A stretch of 64,000 nt of DNA, taken from positions 59,686-123,685 of the forward strand of contig CAWCSG010000023.1 of the NCBI GenBank assembly GCA_963798145.1. The letters are read 5' to 3'. Shown piece after piece: positions 1 to 9,941 of this stretch. The DNA is from an uncultured Alphaproteobacteria bacterium (GTDB lineage: Bacteria; Pseudomonadota; Alphaproteobacteria; Geminicoccales; Geminicoccaceae). Under the pieces are notes generated by a model. That model saw only the letters and a program-made list of their open reading frames with translations. It did no database searches and was not told the origin of the DNA. A program made the position numbers and the translations under genes. Position 1 is the first letter of the stretch, and each line of letters starts with the position of its first letter.

Positions 1-514
1 TCTGCACCCGCAGGAACGGGTCGAGTGCCGAGAGCGGCTCGTCGAGCAGCAGCACGCGCGGGTTGGTGATCAGCGCGCGCGCCAGGGCGACGCGCTGCTG
101 CTGGCCGCCGGAGAGCTGGGCCGGCAGGCGCTCCGCGTACTTCTCCATGTGGACGCGCTCGAGCATCCGCTCCGCCTGTTGGCGGCGCTCGACCTTGTCG
201 ACGCCGCGCATGTGCAGGCTGAAGGCGACGTTGTCGAGGCAGCTGAGATGCGGGAACAGCGCGTAGGACTGGAACATCATCGCCGTGCCGCGACGCACCG
301 GCGGCAGATCGTTGACGACCTCGTCGCCGATCGTGATGTCGCCCTCGCTGATCCCCTCGTGGCCAGCGATCATGCGCAGCGTGCTGGTCTTGCCGCAGCC
401 CGACGGACCCAGCAGGCAGCAATAGCTGCCGTCGGGGATCTTGAGGCTGACATTGTCGACGGCGCGCGTGGTGCCGTAGAGCTTGCTGACGCCGACGAGT
501 TCGACACTGGCCAT
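1..514 (-). CDS. ABC transporter ATP-binding protein (PotA/MalK-like), 3' end runs off the window
   Basis: Manual translation from ATG at 514: [43 protein letters not shown] (Walker A) and [15 protein letters not shown] (ABC signature). No stop inside the window, so it is missing from the ORF track. Confidence 0.9.
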   Translation of the reverse strand, partial: MASVELVGVSKLYGTTRAVDNVSLKIPDGSYCCLLGPSGCGKTSTLRMIAGHEGISEGDITIGDEVVNDLPPVRRGTAMMFQSYALFPHLSCLDNVAFSLHMRGVDKVERRQQAERMLERVHMEKYAERLPAQLSGGQQQRVALARALITNPRVLLLDEPLSALDPFLRVQ

Positions 515-779
515 GGGCAGGCTCGACTCCATTCCCGGTCCCGCGGCGCCGGTGCTGGCTCACAAACTGCAAGCCACATGCCAGCCGAGGCAAGGTTCCC
601 GCCGCGCGGCGCCGGGCGTGCCGTTTACCGAAGCAGCGTGCTCAGGATGGCGGCAGCCGTCAAGCCCGTGCTCAATTATGCAGCACGCGATCGTTGGTCG
701 GTCGAGCCCGCCGCTCCCGTCCCACGCGAGGTGAAGGCGACGGGGCCCGGCACGCACCTCGGCCGGCTGGCCATCCGCG

Positions 780-1601
780 TTACGAGACCCGCGCCGTGGC
801 CTCCCGGCCCTGCGCCCAAACCACGGGAAACCAGTCCTCCCGCAGCCGCTGCCCCGCATGCATCCCGTGACCGAGATAAGGCGGCGAGGTCCTGCCCGGT
901 CGCTCCGCGTACCGCGCGTCGTCGCCGACCCAACGCAGCGAGAGCACCCGTCGGCGACTAGCGGCTGCGTTTCCGCGCGCGCCGTGCGCCGTCCTGAAAT
1001 CGAACAGGACGGCGTCGCCGGGCTCCATCGCCCACTCCAGTACCCGCAGCTCCGGCTCGCGGTCCGGGTCGGGAACCGGTCGGAAGTTGCCGGCGTCGGG
1101 GTAGAAGCTGCCCTGGTCCAGCCAGCGCACCGGCATCACCCACTTCTCCCACCGCTGCGAGCCCGCGATCAGGCGCAGGGTGGCGCTCCGGACGGGATCG
1201 ATCGGGATCCAGAAGCTCACGGTCTGCGCACCGTCGACGAAATAGTAGGGAATGTCCTGATGCCAGGGTGTCGCCTTCTGCGTGCCGGGCTCCTTGACCA
1301 GGACGTGATCATGGAAGAACTGCGCCATCTTGGAACGCATCGCCGCGGCGGCGATCCTGGCCGCCGGCGATTCCCACACCATGCGGCGAAACTCGGGGAT
1401 TCGTTCCCAGTTGCAGTAGTCGTCGAAGAAGCTCCCCGGCTCCCCGGCGCGCACGCTTTCCGATGCGTAAGGCCCAGGCTCGCGCATGTTCCGCTCGATT
1501 CCCGCCGCGATGACCTCCACCCACTCACGGAAGGCGCCGCGCAGGCAGACCGCTCCGTCGCGCTGGTAGGCCGCGATCTCCTCCTCGCCGATGCCGCTCA
1601 T
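780..1601 (-). CDS. Phytanoyl-CoA dioxygenase (PhyH) family Fe(II)/2-oxoglutarate dioxygenase
   Basis: WHQD (HxD) and distal AHG facial triad, RRRVLSLRW 2OG-binding strand, N-terminal 'IAAYQRDGAVCLRG' typical of PhyH. Start placed at MSGIG. Confidence 0.85.
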   Translation of the reverse strand: MSGIGEEEIAAYQRDGAVCLRGAFREWVEVIAAGIERNMREPGPYASESVRAGEPGSFFDDYCNWERIPEFRRMVWESPAARIAAAAMRSKMAQFFHDHVLVKEPGTQKATPWHQDIPYYFVDGAQTVSFWIPIDPVRSATLRLIAGSQRWEKWVMPVRWLDQGSFYPDAGNFRPVPDPDREPELRVLEWAMEPGDAVLFDFRTAHGARGNAAASRRRVLSLRWVGDDARYAERPGRTSPPYLGHGMHAGQRLREDWFPVVWAQGREATARVS

Positions 1602-1904
1602 GGCAGACTTCCAATTTTGGAGCGGATCAATGCTCTCCTCCCGCAACGTCTCACACAGCATTGGCCAGATAGCCCCCGATCCTTACCTAGCGATGCGCCT
1701 CGAAGGGGTGTCCGTCAACTGTAAGACCTCTCGGAGAAGCGGGCCGCGGCCGCATCGCCTTGTCGCGGCTGCCAGTCGTTACCGTGGCTTCGCGTTTGCT
1801 TTGAAGATGCTTGTGATGCCCGGCTCATTCCGGGTGCCAGCGACGGAGCCTAGGAATGATGCAGCCAGACGGCAGCGGAACCACAGCAGGGGGGTGCCGA
1901 CGGA

Positions 1905-2276
1905 ATGAGCGCAGCGCAGCAACAAGGGCGGCTCACGACCCACGTGCTCGACACCGCGACCGGACGGCCGGCGGCAGGGATGGCGATCGAGCTACATCGG
2001 CTCGAGGGCGAGCGCCGGGAACTGCTCACAACCGTGCGCACCAATGCGGATGGCCGCTGCGACGCGCCGCTGTTGCAGGGCACACAGCTGGCGGCGGGCG
2101 TCTACGAGCTGGTATTCCATGTCGGCGACTATCTTCGGGCGGGCGGTTCGAGCGTGCCGGAGCCGGCCTTTCTCGACATCGTGCCGCTCCGGTTCGGCAT
2201 CGCCGCGACCGACCAGCATTATCACGTGCCGCTCCTGATCTCGCCCTTCGCCTACTCGACCTACCGCGGCAGCTGA
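1905..2276 (+). CDS. uraH: 5-hydroxyisourate hydrolase (transthyretin-like)
   Basis: [23 protein letters not shown] and C-terminal YRGS signature; purine context. Confidence 0.97.
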   Translation: MSAAQQQGRLTTHVLDTATGRPAAGMAIELHRLEGERRELLTTVRTNADGRCDAPLLQGTQLAAGVYELVFHVGDYLRAGGSSVPEPAFLDIVPLRFGIAATDQHYHVPLLISPFAYSTYRGS

Positions 2277-2319
2277 CCGGCATGCCGATTCAGACCCCAG
2301 CCCAGGCGAGGCGCCGCGC

Positions 2320-3714
2320 ATGACCAGCACCGTCCATCCCGTCGACGAGATTCTTCCCGTACCCAAGCTGCTGACCCTCGGGCTGCAGCATGTGCTGGTC
2401 ATGTACGCAGGGGCCGTGGCCGTGCCGCTGATCGTCGGCCGCGCCCTCGGCCTGTCGCCGCAGGACGTGGCGATCCTGATCAGCGCCGACCTGTTCGCGT
2501 GCGGCATCGCCACCCTGGTCCAGACCGTGGGCTTCCCCGGCGTCGGCATCCGCCTGCCGGTGATGATGGGCGTCACCTTCGCCTCGGTCGGGCCGATGCT
2601 GGCGATGGCCGGCAATGCCGATGTCGGCCTGCTCGGCATCTACGGTGCGGTGATCGCGGCCGGCATCTTCGGCGTGGTGGTCGCACCCTTCGTCAGCCGG
2701 CTGCTGCCGCTGTTCCCGCCCGTGGTCACCGGCACCATCATCCTGGTCATCGGCATCTCGCTGATGCGGGTCGGGATCAACTGGGCCGGCGGCGGCCTGC
2801 CGATGCTGACCAAGGTGATCGACGGCCAGAGCTACAGCTTCGTGAATCCGGCCTATGGCGAGCTGGGCGGGCTGTTGATTGCGTTGATCGTGCTGATCGT
2901 CATCCTGCTGCTGACCAAGTACGGCAAAGGTTTCGTCAGCAATGTCGCGGTGCTGCTCGGCATCGTCATCGGGTCGGTGCTGGCGGCGATCATGGGCCGG
3001 ATGCATTTCGAGAAGGTTGCCGCCGCGCCGATGTTCGATGTCATCTATCCATTCCACTTCGGCATGCCGACCTTCGACATCGTCGCGATCGCGACGATGT
3101 GCCTGGTGATGATCGTGGTCATGATCGAATCGACCGGCATGTTCCTGGCACTGGCCGACATGACCGATCGCCCGCTCGACGAGGCCGCGCTGACCAGGGG
3201 CCTGCGCGCGGACGGCGTCGGCACGATCATCGGCGGCGTGTTCAACACCTTCCCCTACACCTCGTTCTCGCAGAATGTCGGGCTGGTCGGGGTGACCGGC
3301 GTGCGCTCGCGCTGGGTCACCGCCACGGGCGGGGTGATCATGCTGCTGTTGGGCCTGCTGCCGAAGATGGCGGCTCTCGTGGAATCGGTGCCGGTGGTCG
3401 TCCTGGGTGGCGCCGGGCTGGTCATGTTCGGGATGGTGGCGGCCACCGGCGCGCGTATCCTGGGTGCGGTCGATTTCCGCAGCAACCGGCACAACCTGTT
3501 CGTGGTCGCGCTCTCGATCGGCTTCGGGATGATCCCGCTGGTGGCGCCGAATTTCTTCAAGCAGATGCCGCACGAGCTGCAGCCGCTGCTGGAATCCGGC
3601 ATCCTGCTGGCGGCGATCGCCGCCGTGCTGCTCAATGCTTTCTTCAACGGGATCGCTTCCCGCGACGAGGCGCGCGCCGCAGCCGCGGCGAGCACGCACG
3701 GAGCCGAGGCGTGA
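2320..3714 (+). CDS. NCS2 family xanthine/uric acid permease
   Basis: LGLQHVLVMY in TM1, NAT signature FSQNVGLVGVTG, many TM segments. Confidence 0.93.
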   Translation: MTSTVHPVDEILPVPKLLTLGLQHVLVMYAGAVAVPLIVGRALGLSPQDVAILISADLFACGIATLVQTVGFPGVGIRLPVMMGVTFASVGPMLAMAGNADVGLLGIYGAVIAAGIFGVVVAPFVSRLLPLFPPVVTGTIILVIGISLMRVGINWAGGGLPMLTKVIDGQSYSFVNPAYGELGGLLIALIVLIVILLLTKYGKGFVSNVAVLLGIVIGSVLAAIMGRMHFEKVAAAPMFDVIYPFHFGMPTFDIVAIATMCLVMIVVMIESTGMFLALADMTDRPLDEAALTRGLRADGVGTIIGGVFNTFPYTSFSQNVGLVGVTGVRSRWVTATGGVIMLLLGLLPKMAALVESVPVVVLGGAGLVMFGMVAATGARILGAVDFRSNRHNLFVVALSIGFGMIPLVAPNFFKQMPHELQPLLESGILLAAIAAVLLNAFFNGIASRDEARAAAAASTHGAEA

Positions 3715-3729
3715 TCAGGAGTAGCCTTC

Positions 3730-5199
3730 ATGCGTGACCACGTCCGCTTTCTGCTCGGCCATGAGCTCAAGCAGCTCGACCGCGTCGACCCGACCATGAC
3801 GGTGCTCGACTGGTTGCGGCTGACCGAGCGGCGGACCGGCACCAAGGAAGGGTGCAACGAGGGCGACTGTGGCGCCTGCACCGTGGTACTGGCCAAGCCG
3901 GAGCATGGCCGGCTGGTCTATCGCGCGGTCAATGCCTGCATCCAGTTCGTGGGCAGCCTGGACGGCTGCCAGCTGCTCACGGTCGAGGACCTGAAGGCGG
4001 CCGACGGCACGCTCCATCCGGTGCAGCAGGCGATGGTCGACTGCCACGGCTCGCAGTGCGGCTTCTGCACGCCGGGTTTCGTGATGTCGATGTTCGCGCT
4101 GACCCGCGAGGCGGACAGCCTGCCGGGTGAGGCGGCCATCGACGATGCGCTGGCGGGCAATCTCTGCCGCTGCACCGGCTATGCGCCGATCGTGCGGGCC
4201 ATGCAGCAGGCCTACGCGCATGAGCCCAGGGCCGATGCGATCGAGGCCTTCGCCGGCGAGACCATGGCCCGGCTACACGCTCTGGCCGATGAGGAGACGC
4301 TGGTCGTCGGTGACGGTCGGCGCCGGTTCATCGCTCCAGCCACCGTCGAGGCGCTGGCGGAGGTGCTGCTGGAACAGCCAGAGGCGACCATCGTCGCCGG
4401 GTGCACCGATGTCGGCCTGTGGGTGACCAAGCAGCAGCGTGTGCTCGATCCCGTGATCTATCTCGGCCGGGTGCGCGAGCTGCAGCAGATCGAGGAGACC
4501 GATGACGGGATCACGATCGGCGCCGGGGTAAGCCACAGCGATGCCATGGCGGCGTTGGCTGGGTGGTATCCGGACATCGGGGAGATGTGGCGGCGGTTCG
4601 CCTCGGTGCAGATCCGCAATGCCGGCACGGTCGGCGGCAACATCGCCAACGGCTCGCCGATCGGCGACGGCTCGCCGGCCCTGATCGCGGCCGGTGCGAC
4701 GCTGCACCTGCGCCGCGGCGTGGAGCAGCGGAGCCTGCCGCTCGAGGACTACTTCATCGCTTACGGCAAGCAGGATCGCAGGCCCGGCGAGTTCGTCGAG
4801 CGGATCTTCGTGCCGAAGCCTGCAGCGGGCAGCCGCTACCGCGCCTACAAGATCAGCAAGCGGTTCGACCAGGACATCTCGGCGGTGATGGCGGCGTTCC
4901 AATTGCAGCTCGACGGGGAGCGCGTGGCCGTAGCCCGTCTGGCCTTCGGCGGCATGGCGGCGACCCCGAAGCGCGCTGCCCATGCCGAAGCGGCGATCGT
5001 CGGCAAGGTGTGGAGCACGGCCAGCGTCGAGGCTGCGATGGCGGCGTTGGAACAGGACTTCCAGCCGATCAGCGACATGCGCGCCTCGGCCGGCTACCGT
5101 CTCAAGGTCGCGCGCAACCTGCTGCGCCGCCTGCATGTCGAGACCACGACCGCGGCGGAAACCAGGCTCGTCGGCGACCGGAGCCTGGCCCATGTCTGA
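3730..5199 (+). CDS. xdhA: Xanthine dehydrogenase small subunit (2x[2Fe-2S], FAD)
   Basis: GTKEGCNEGDCGACT, GSQCGFCTPG, GNLCRCTGY and FAD-binding RNAGTVGGNIANGSPIGD. Confidence 0.97.
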   Translation: MRDHVRFLLGHELKQLDRVDPTMTVLDWLRLTERRTGTKEGCNEGDCGACTVVLAKPEHGRLVYRAVNACIQFVGSLDGCQLLTVEDLKAADGTLHPVQQAMVDCHGSQCGFCTPGFVMSMFALTREADSLPGEAAIDDALAGNLCRCTGYAPIVRAMQQAYAHEPRADAIEAFAGETMARLHALADEETLVVGDGRRRFIAPATVEALAEVLLEQPEATIVAGCTDVGLWVTKQQRVLDPVIYLGRVRELQQIEETDDGITIGAGVSHSDAMAALAGWYPDIGEMWRRFASVQIRNAGTVGGNIANGSPIGDGSPALIAAGATLHLRRGVEQRSLPLEDYFIAYGKQDRRPGEFVERIFVPKPAAGSRYRAYKISKRFDQDISAVMAAFQLQLDGERVAVARLAFGGMAATPKRAAHAEAAIVGKVWSTASVEAAMAALEQDFQPISDMRASAGYRLKVARNLLRRLHVETTTAAETRLVGDRSLAHV

Positions 5200-7504
5200 T
5201 CGCGTGCAGGGCGGCGCGCACGCTGCCAAGACCCATGACAGTGCCGCCCGGCACGTCACCGGCGAGGCGCTCTATGTCGACGATCTTCCGGAGCCGGTTG
5301 GTCTGCTGCACATCCAGCTCGGCCTGAGTGCCAAGGCCCACGCGCGGATCGTGAGCGTCGACCTCGACGCGGTCCGGGCCGCTCCCGGCGTGGTCTGCGT
5401 GCTCACGGCTGCCGACGTGCCGGGCGAGAACGACGTCAGCCCGACCCACCGCCACGACGAGCCGTTGCTCGCGACCGATCTCGTCCAGTTCATGGGCCAG
5501 CCGATTTTCGCGGTCGCCGCCCAGACCCGCGAGCAGGCACGGCGCGCGGTTGCGCTGGCGACGATCGTCTACGAGGAGCTGCCGGCGATCCTCGATGCGG
5601 AATCAGCCATGCCGACCGGCGTGCTGGTCACCGATCCGCTGACCCTGCGCAGGGGCGACGCCAAGGCCGCGATCGCAGCCGCCCCGCGCCGCCTCAAGGG
5701 GCGGATGCACATTGGCGGGCAGGAACATTTTTATCTGGAGGGCCAGATCGCGCTGGCGGTGCCGGGCGAGGACGACGAGATCACGGTCTACTCCTCGACC
5801 CAGCATCCGAGCGAGATCCAGCATATGGTCGCCAAGGTGCTGGACGTGGCCTCGCACGCGGTCACCGTCGAGATCCGCCGCATGGGTGGCGGGTTCGGCG
5901 GCAAGGAGACCCAGGGCAACCTGTTTGCCTGCGTGGCCGCGATCGTCGCGAAGAAGACCGGCCGTGCCGCCAAGGCCCGTCCCGACCGCGACGACGACAT
6001 GGTGATCACCGGCAAGCGGCACGATTTCGTCGTCGACTACGAGGTCGGGTTCGACGATGACGGCCGCATCCAGGGTCTCGACATGACCTACGCCGCGCGC
6101 TGCGGCTGGTCGTCGGACCTCTCCGGGCCGGTCACCGATCGCGCCTTGTTCCACGCCGACAATTGCTACTGGCTGCCGGCTGCCGAGCTGCGCTCGCTGC
6201 CGCTCAAGACCAACACGGTATCCAACACCGCATTCCGTGGCTTCGGCGGGCCGCAAGGCATGGTCGGCGGCGAGCGGGTGCTGGAGGAGATCGCGTTCGC
6301 GCTGGGCCTCGACCCGCTCGAGGTCAGGAAGCGCAACTTCTATGGCGTGGGCGAGCGCAACGTCACGCCCTACCACCAGACCGTCGAGGACAATGTCATC
6401 CACGAGCTGGTGGGCCAGCTCGAGCGCAGCGCCGACTATGCGGCCCGACGCGAGGCCGTGCGCGCGTTCAATGCGCAGAGCCCCGTCCTCAAGCGCGGTC
6501 TGGCGCTGACACCGGTCAAGTTCGGCATCTCGTTCACCATGACCGCCTACAACCAGGCCGGCGCGCTGGTGCACGTCTACACCGACGGCAGCGTGCACCT
6601 GAACCATGGCGGCACCGAGATGGGGCAGGGGCTCCACACCAAGGTCGCCCAGGTGGTGGCCGAGGAGTTCCAGATCGACGTCGACAAGGTGCGGATCACC
6701 GCGACGACGACCGGCAAGGTGCCCAACACGTCGGCCACCGCGGCCTCGTCCGGCACCGATCTGAACGGCCAGGCCGCCCTGGCCGCGGCGCGCGCGATCA
6801 AGGGCCGGCTGATCGACTTCGCATCCGAGCATTGGTCGGTGCCGCGCGACCAGGTCGAGTTCCTGCCCAATCGCGTTCGGATCGGCAACCAGGAGATCCC
6901 GTTCCGGGCTCTGGTCTGGCAGGCCTACATGGGCCGCATCTCGCTGTCGTCGACCGGGTTCTACAAGACGCCCAAGATCCACTGGGATCGCGCGAACGGT
7001 ACTGGCCGCCCGTTCTACTATTTCGCCTACGGCGCCGCCTGCAGCGAGGTGCTGGTCGACACGCTGACCGGCGAATATCGGGTCGAGCGCGTCGACATCC
7101 TGCACGATTGCGGCAAGTCGCTGAATCCGGTGCTCGACATCGGCCAGATCGAGGGCGGCTTCGTGCAGGGCATGGGCTGGCTGACCACCGAGGAGCTGTG
7201 GTGGGACAAGGCCGGGCGGCTGCGCACCCATGCGCCCAGCACCTACAAGATCCCTGCCTGCGGCGACCGACCGCGCATCTTCAACGTCGCCCTGCTCGAG
7301 AACGTCGCGAACCGCGAGGACGCGATCTTCCGCTCCAAGGCGGTGGGCGAGCCGCCGTTGATGCTGGGGATTTCCGTCCTGCACGCGATCTCAGATGCTG
7401 TCGCCAGCGTTGCGGACCACCGCTTCTGCCCCAAGCTCGACTCACCGGCCACGCCCGAGCGCGTGCTGGACGCGATCGACGCGCTGCGCGAGCGTGCGGC
7501 ATGA
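5192..7504 (+). CDS. xdhB: Xanthine dehydrogenase molybdopterin-binding subunit
   Basis: GGQEHFYLE, RMGGGFGGKE, AFRGFGGPQG, SKAVGEPP; ATG at 5192 overlaps the xdhA end. Confidence 0.97.
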   Translation: MSDRVQGGAHAAKTHDSAARHVTGEALYVDDLPEPVGLLHIQLGLSAKAHARIVSVDLDAVRAAPGVVCVLTAADVPGENDVSPTHRHDEPLLATDLVQFMGQPIFAVAAQTREQARRAVALATIVYEELPAILDAESAMPTGVLVTDPLTLRRGDAKAAIAAAPRRLKGRMHIGGQEHFYLEGQIALAVPGEDDEITVYSSTQHPSEIQHMVAKVLDVASHAVTVEIRRMGGGFGGKETQGNLFACVAAIVAKKTGRAAKARPDRDDDMVITGKRHDFVVDYEVGFDDDGRIQGLDMTYAARCGWSSDLSGPVTDRALFHADNCYWLPAAELRSLPLKTNTVSNTAFRGFGGPQGMVGGERVLEEIAFALGLDPLEVRKRNFYGVGERNVTPYHQTVEDNVIHELVGQLERSADYAARREAVRAFNAQSPVLKRGLALTPVKFGISFTMTAYNQAGALVHVYTDGSVHLNHGGTEMGQGLHTKVAQVVAEEFQIDVDKVRITATTTGKVPNTSATAASSGTDLNGQAALAAARAIKGRLIDFASEHWSVPRDQVEFLPNRVRIGNQEIPFRALVWQAYMGRISLSSTGFYKTPKIHWDRANGTGRPFYYFAYGAACSEVLVDTLTGEYRVERVDILHDCGKSLNPVLDIGQIEGGFVQGMGWLTTEELWWDKAGRLRTHAPSTYKIPACGDRPRIFNVALLENVANREDAIFRSKAVGEPPLMLGISVLHAISDAVASVADHRFCPKLDSPATPERVLDAIDALRERAA

Positions 7505-8373
7505 ACCAGACGCTGGCACCCCATTTGCGCGATCTCCTGGCGGCCGGCTCGCCGGTTGTGCTGGCCGAGGTCGCCCTGGCCAGGGGCAGCACGCCGCGCG
7601 AGGCCGGGGCCGCGATGCTGGTCACGGCGGGTGCCTGCTTCGGCACGATCGGCGGTGGCCGGCTCGAGTGGGCGGCGACGGCCCGGGCACGTGAGCTGTT
7701 AGCCGAGAGTCAGGCCTCATGTGTCATGGAACTGCCGTTGGGGCCGGCCGTGGGGCAATGCTGCGGCGGCCATGTGACGGTACGTCTGAGCCTGGCGGAC
7801 GCCGGTGTGCTGGCCGAGCTGGAGGCTGCCGAGACGCGGGCTGCTGCCAGCCTGCCCGTGGTGCTGCTGTTCGGCGCGGGGCATGTCGGGCGGGCGCTGG
7901 CCCAGGCTCTCGCACCCTTGCCGCTGCACCTGCGCTGGATCGATGCCCGTGCGCACGAGTTCCCGGACCCGGCCGTGGCCGGCGCCGAGGTGGTGGTCAC
8001 AGAGCGGCCGCTGAATTGGATCCACGCAGCACCGTCCGGCAGTGCCTGCTTTGTGCTCACCCACAGCCACAGCCTCGACTTCACGCTGTGCAGCGCCGTC
8101 CTGGAGCGGGGCGATTTCGCCTATCTCGGCCTGATCGGCTCGCGGACCAAACGCACCAAGTTCGAGCGTGGCTTCGCCGAGCTCGGCATCCCGGCGGACC
8201 GGGTGGCGCGGATGGCGTGCCCGATCGGCGGCGACGCGCTGCGCGACAAGCGACCGGCGGTGATCGCCGCTCTGGCCGCCGCCGAGCTCCTGATCGCGCT
8301 GGCACGTCCGTGCGCGCGCGCCGACAATCAACCGAAGCCGGCCGCCAGAGCCGCGACTGAAAGGGCAGCATGA
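7501..8373 (+). CDS. xdhC: Xanthine dehydrogenase accessory protein
   Basis: GSTPREAGAAM, GTIGGGRLE, LGPAVGQCCGG, LFGAGHVG, LGLIGSRTK; ATG at 7501 coupled to the xdhB stop. Confidence 0.95.
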   Translation: MNQTLAPHLRDLLAAGSPVVLAEVALARGSTPREAGAAMLVTAGACFGTIGGGRLEWAATARARELLAESQASCVMELPLGPAVGQCCGGHVTVRLSLADAGVLAELEAAETRAAASLPVVLLFGAGHVGRALAQALAPLPLHLRWIDARAHEFPDPAVAGAEVVVTERPLNWIHAAPSGSACFVLTHSHSLDFTLCSAVLERGDFAYLGLIGSRTKRTKFERGFAELGIPADRVARMACPIGGDALRDKRPAVIAALAAAELLIALARPCARADNQPKPAARAATERAA

Positions 8374-9941
8374 GCGACACGCTTAGAACGGCGGCACCGC
8401 CGCGGCTGGAGCTGCGGGGGATCACCAAGCGCTTTCCGGGCGTGGTCGCCAATTCGGATGTCAGCTTCAGTGTGGCACCCGGCGAAGTGCATGCGCTGCT
8501 CGGCGAGAACGGCGCCGGCAAGAGCACGCTGGTGAAGATCATCTACGGCGTGCTGCACGCCGACGAGGGCGAGGTGCTCTGGGACGGCCGGCCGGTCGAG
8601 GTCGCCGACCCCAAGGCAGCCCGCGCACTCGGCGTCGGCATGGTGTTCCAGCACTTCTCGCTGTTCGAGGCGATGACCGTGTTGGAGAACGTGGCGCTGG
8701 GCGTCGACGGCGTCACCGACATGAAGGCGTTGGCGACCCGGGTGCGCGAGGTCAGCCACGCTTACGGCCTGCCCCTGGAGCCGGAGCGCGAGGTCCACAC
8801 GCTGTCGGTCGGTGAGCGGCAGCGGATCGAGATCGTTCGCTGCCTGCTGCAGAGCCCGCGTCTGCTGATCATGGACGAGCCGACCTCGGTGCTGACGCCG
8901 CAGGAGGTCGACAAGCTGTTCGAGACCCTGCGCAAGCTCGCATCCGAGGGCGTCTCGATCCTCTACATCAGCCACAAGCTGAACGAGATCAAAGCGCTCT
9001 GCGACCGCGCCACCATCCTGCGCGGCGGCAAGGTCGTGGGTGCGTGCGACCCCAAAGCCGAGACCGCGCGTAGCATGGCGCAGCTGATGATCGGTGCCGA
9101 GCTGCGTACGTTGACCCGTCGCGCCGGGGCCTCGCTGGGCCAGGTCCGGCTCGCCGTCGAGCATCTGGATCTCGCGTCCGAGGAGGCGCACGGCGTCGAC
9201 CTGAAGCGGGTCGGCCTCGAGGTGCGGGCCGGCGAGATCATGGGCATCGCCGGGGTCGCCGGCAACGGTCAGAACGAGCTGATGCTGGCGCTCAGCGGCG
9301 AGCGCACATCCGACCCCGAGACCGCGATCCGCATCGACGGCAAGCCGGTGGCCCGGCTGGGCGCGGCGCAGCGGCGAGCGCTCGGCCTGTGCTGTGTGCC
9401 CGAGGAGCGCAACGGCCACGCCGCGGTGCCGGAGATGAGCCTTGCCGACAATGCGGTGCTCAGCGGCTACCGCAGGATGGGCTTCCTCGCCGGCGGCTTC
9501 ATCCGCGCCGGAAAGGCGCGCGACTATGCGGCCCGCGTCATCCGCGAGTTCGACGTCCGTACGCCGGGTGTCGAGACGCTGGCGCGCAGCCTGTCCGGCG
9601 GCAACCTGCAGAAGTTCGTGGTCGGCCGCGAGGTCTTGCAGGATCCGGGTGTGCTCGTCGTCTCGCAGCCGACCTGGGGCGTCGATGCCGGGGCGGCTGC
9701 TGCCATCCATCAGGCCTTGATCACGCTGGCCGCCAACGGTGCCGCGGTGCTGGTGGTCTCGCAGGACCTGGACGAGCTGCTGATGCTCACCGACCGCCTC
9801 GCCGTGATCAATGTCGGCGTGCTGTCCGATCCCATGCTCACCGCCAGCGCGTCGGTCGAGGAGATCGGCCTGCTGATGGGCGGGGCTCATGGCATGAGCG
9901 CCGCCGAAGCCGTCCCTGGAGGCCTGCCCCATGTCGCTTAA
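8370..9941 (+). CDS. Nucleoside/purine ABC transporter ATP-binding protein (two ATPase domains)
   Basis: GENGAGKST, LSVGERQR, second domain LSGGNLQK; CUT2-type architecture. Confidence 0.92.
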   Translation: MSDTLRTAAPPRLELRGITKRFPGVVANSDVSFSVAPGEVHALLGENGAGKSTLVKIIYGVLHADEGEVLWDGRPVEVADPKAARALGVGMVFQHFSLFEAMTVLENVALGVDGVTDMKALATRVREVSHAYGLPLEPEREVHTLSVGERQRIEIVRCLLQSPRLLIMDEPTSVLTPQEVDKLFETLRKLASEGVSILYISHKLNEIKALCDRATILRGGKVVGACDPKAETARSMAQLMIGAELRTLTRRAGASLGQVRLAVEHLDLASEEAHGVDLKRVGLEVRAGEIMGIAGVAGNGQNELMLALSGERTSDPETAIRIDGKPVARLGAAQRRALGLCCVPEERNGHAAVPEMSLADNAVLSGYRRMGFLAGGFIRAGKARDYAARVIREFDVRTPGVETLARSLSGGNLQKFVVGREVLQDPGVLVVSQPTWGVDAGAAAAIHQALITLAANGAAVLVVSQDLDELLMLTDRLAVINVGVLSDPMLTASASVEEIGLLMGGAHGMSAAEAVPGGLPHVA

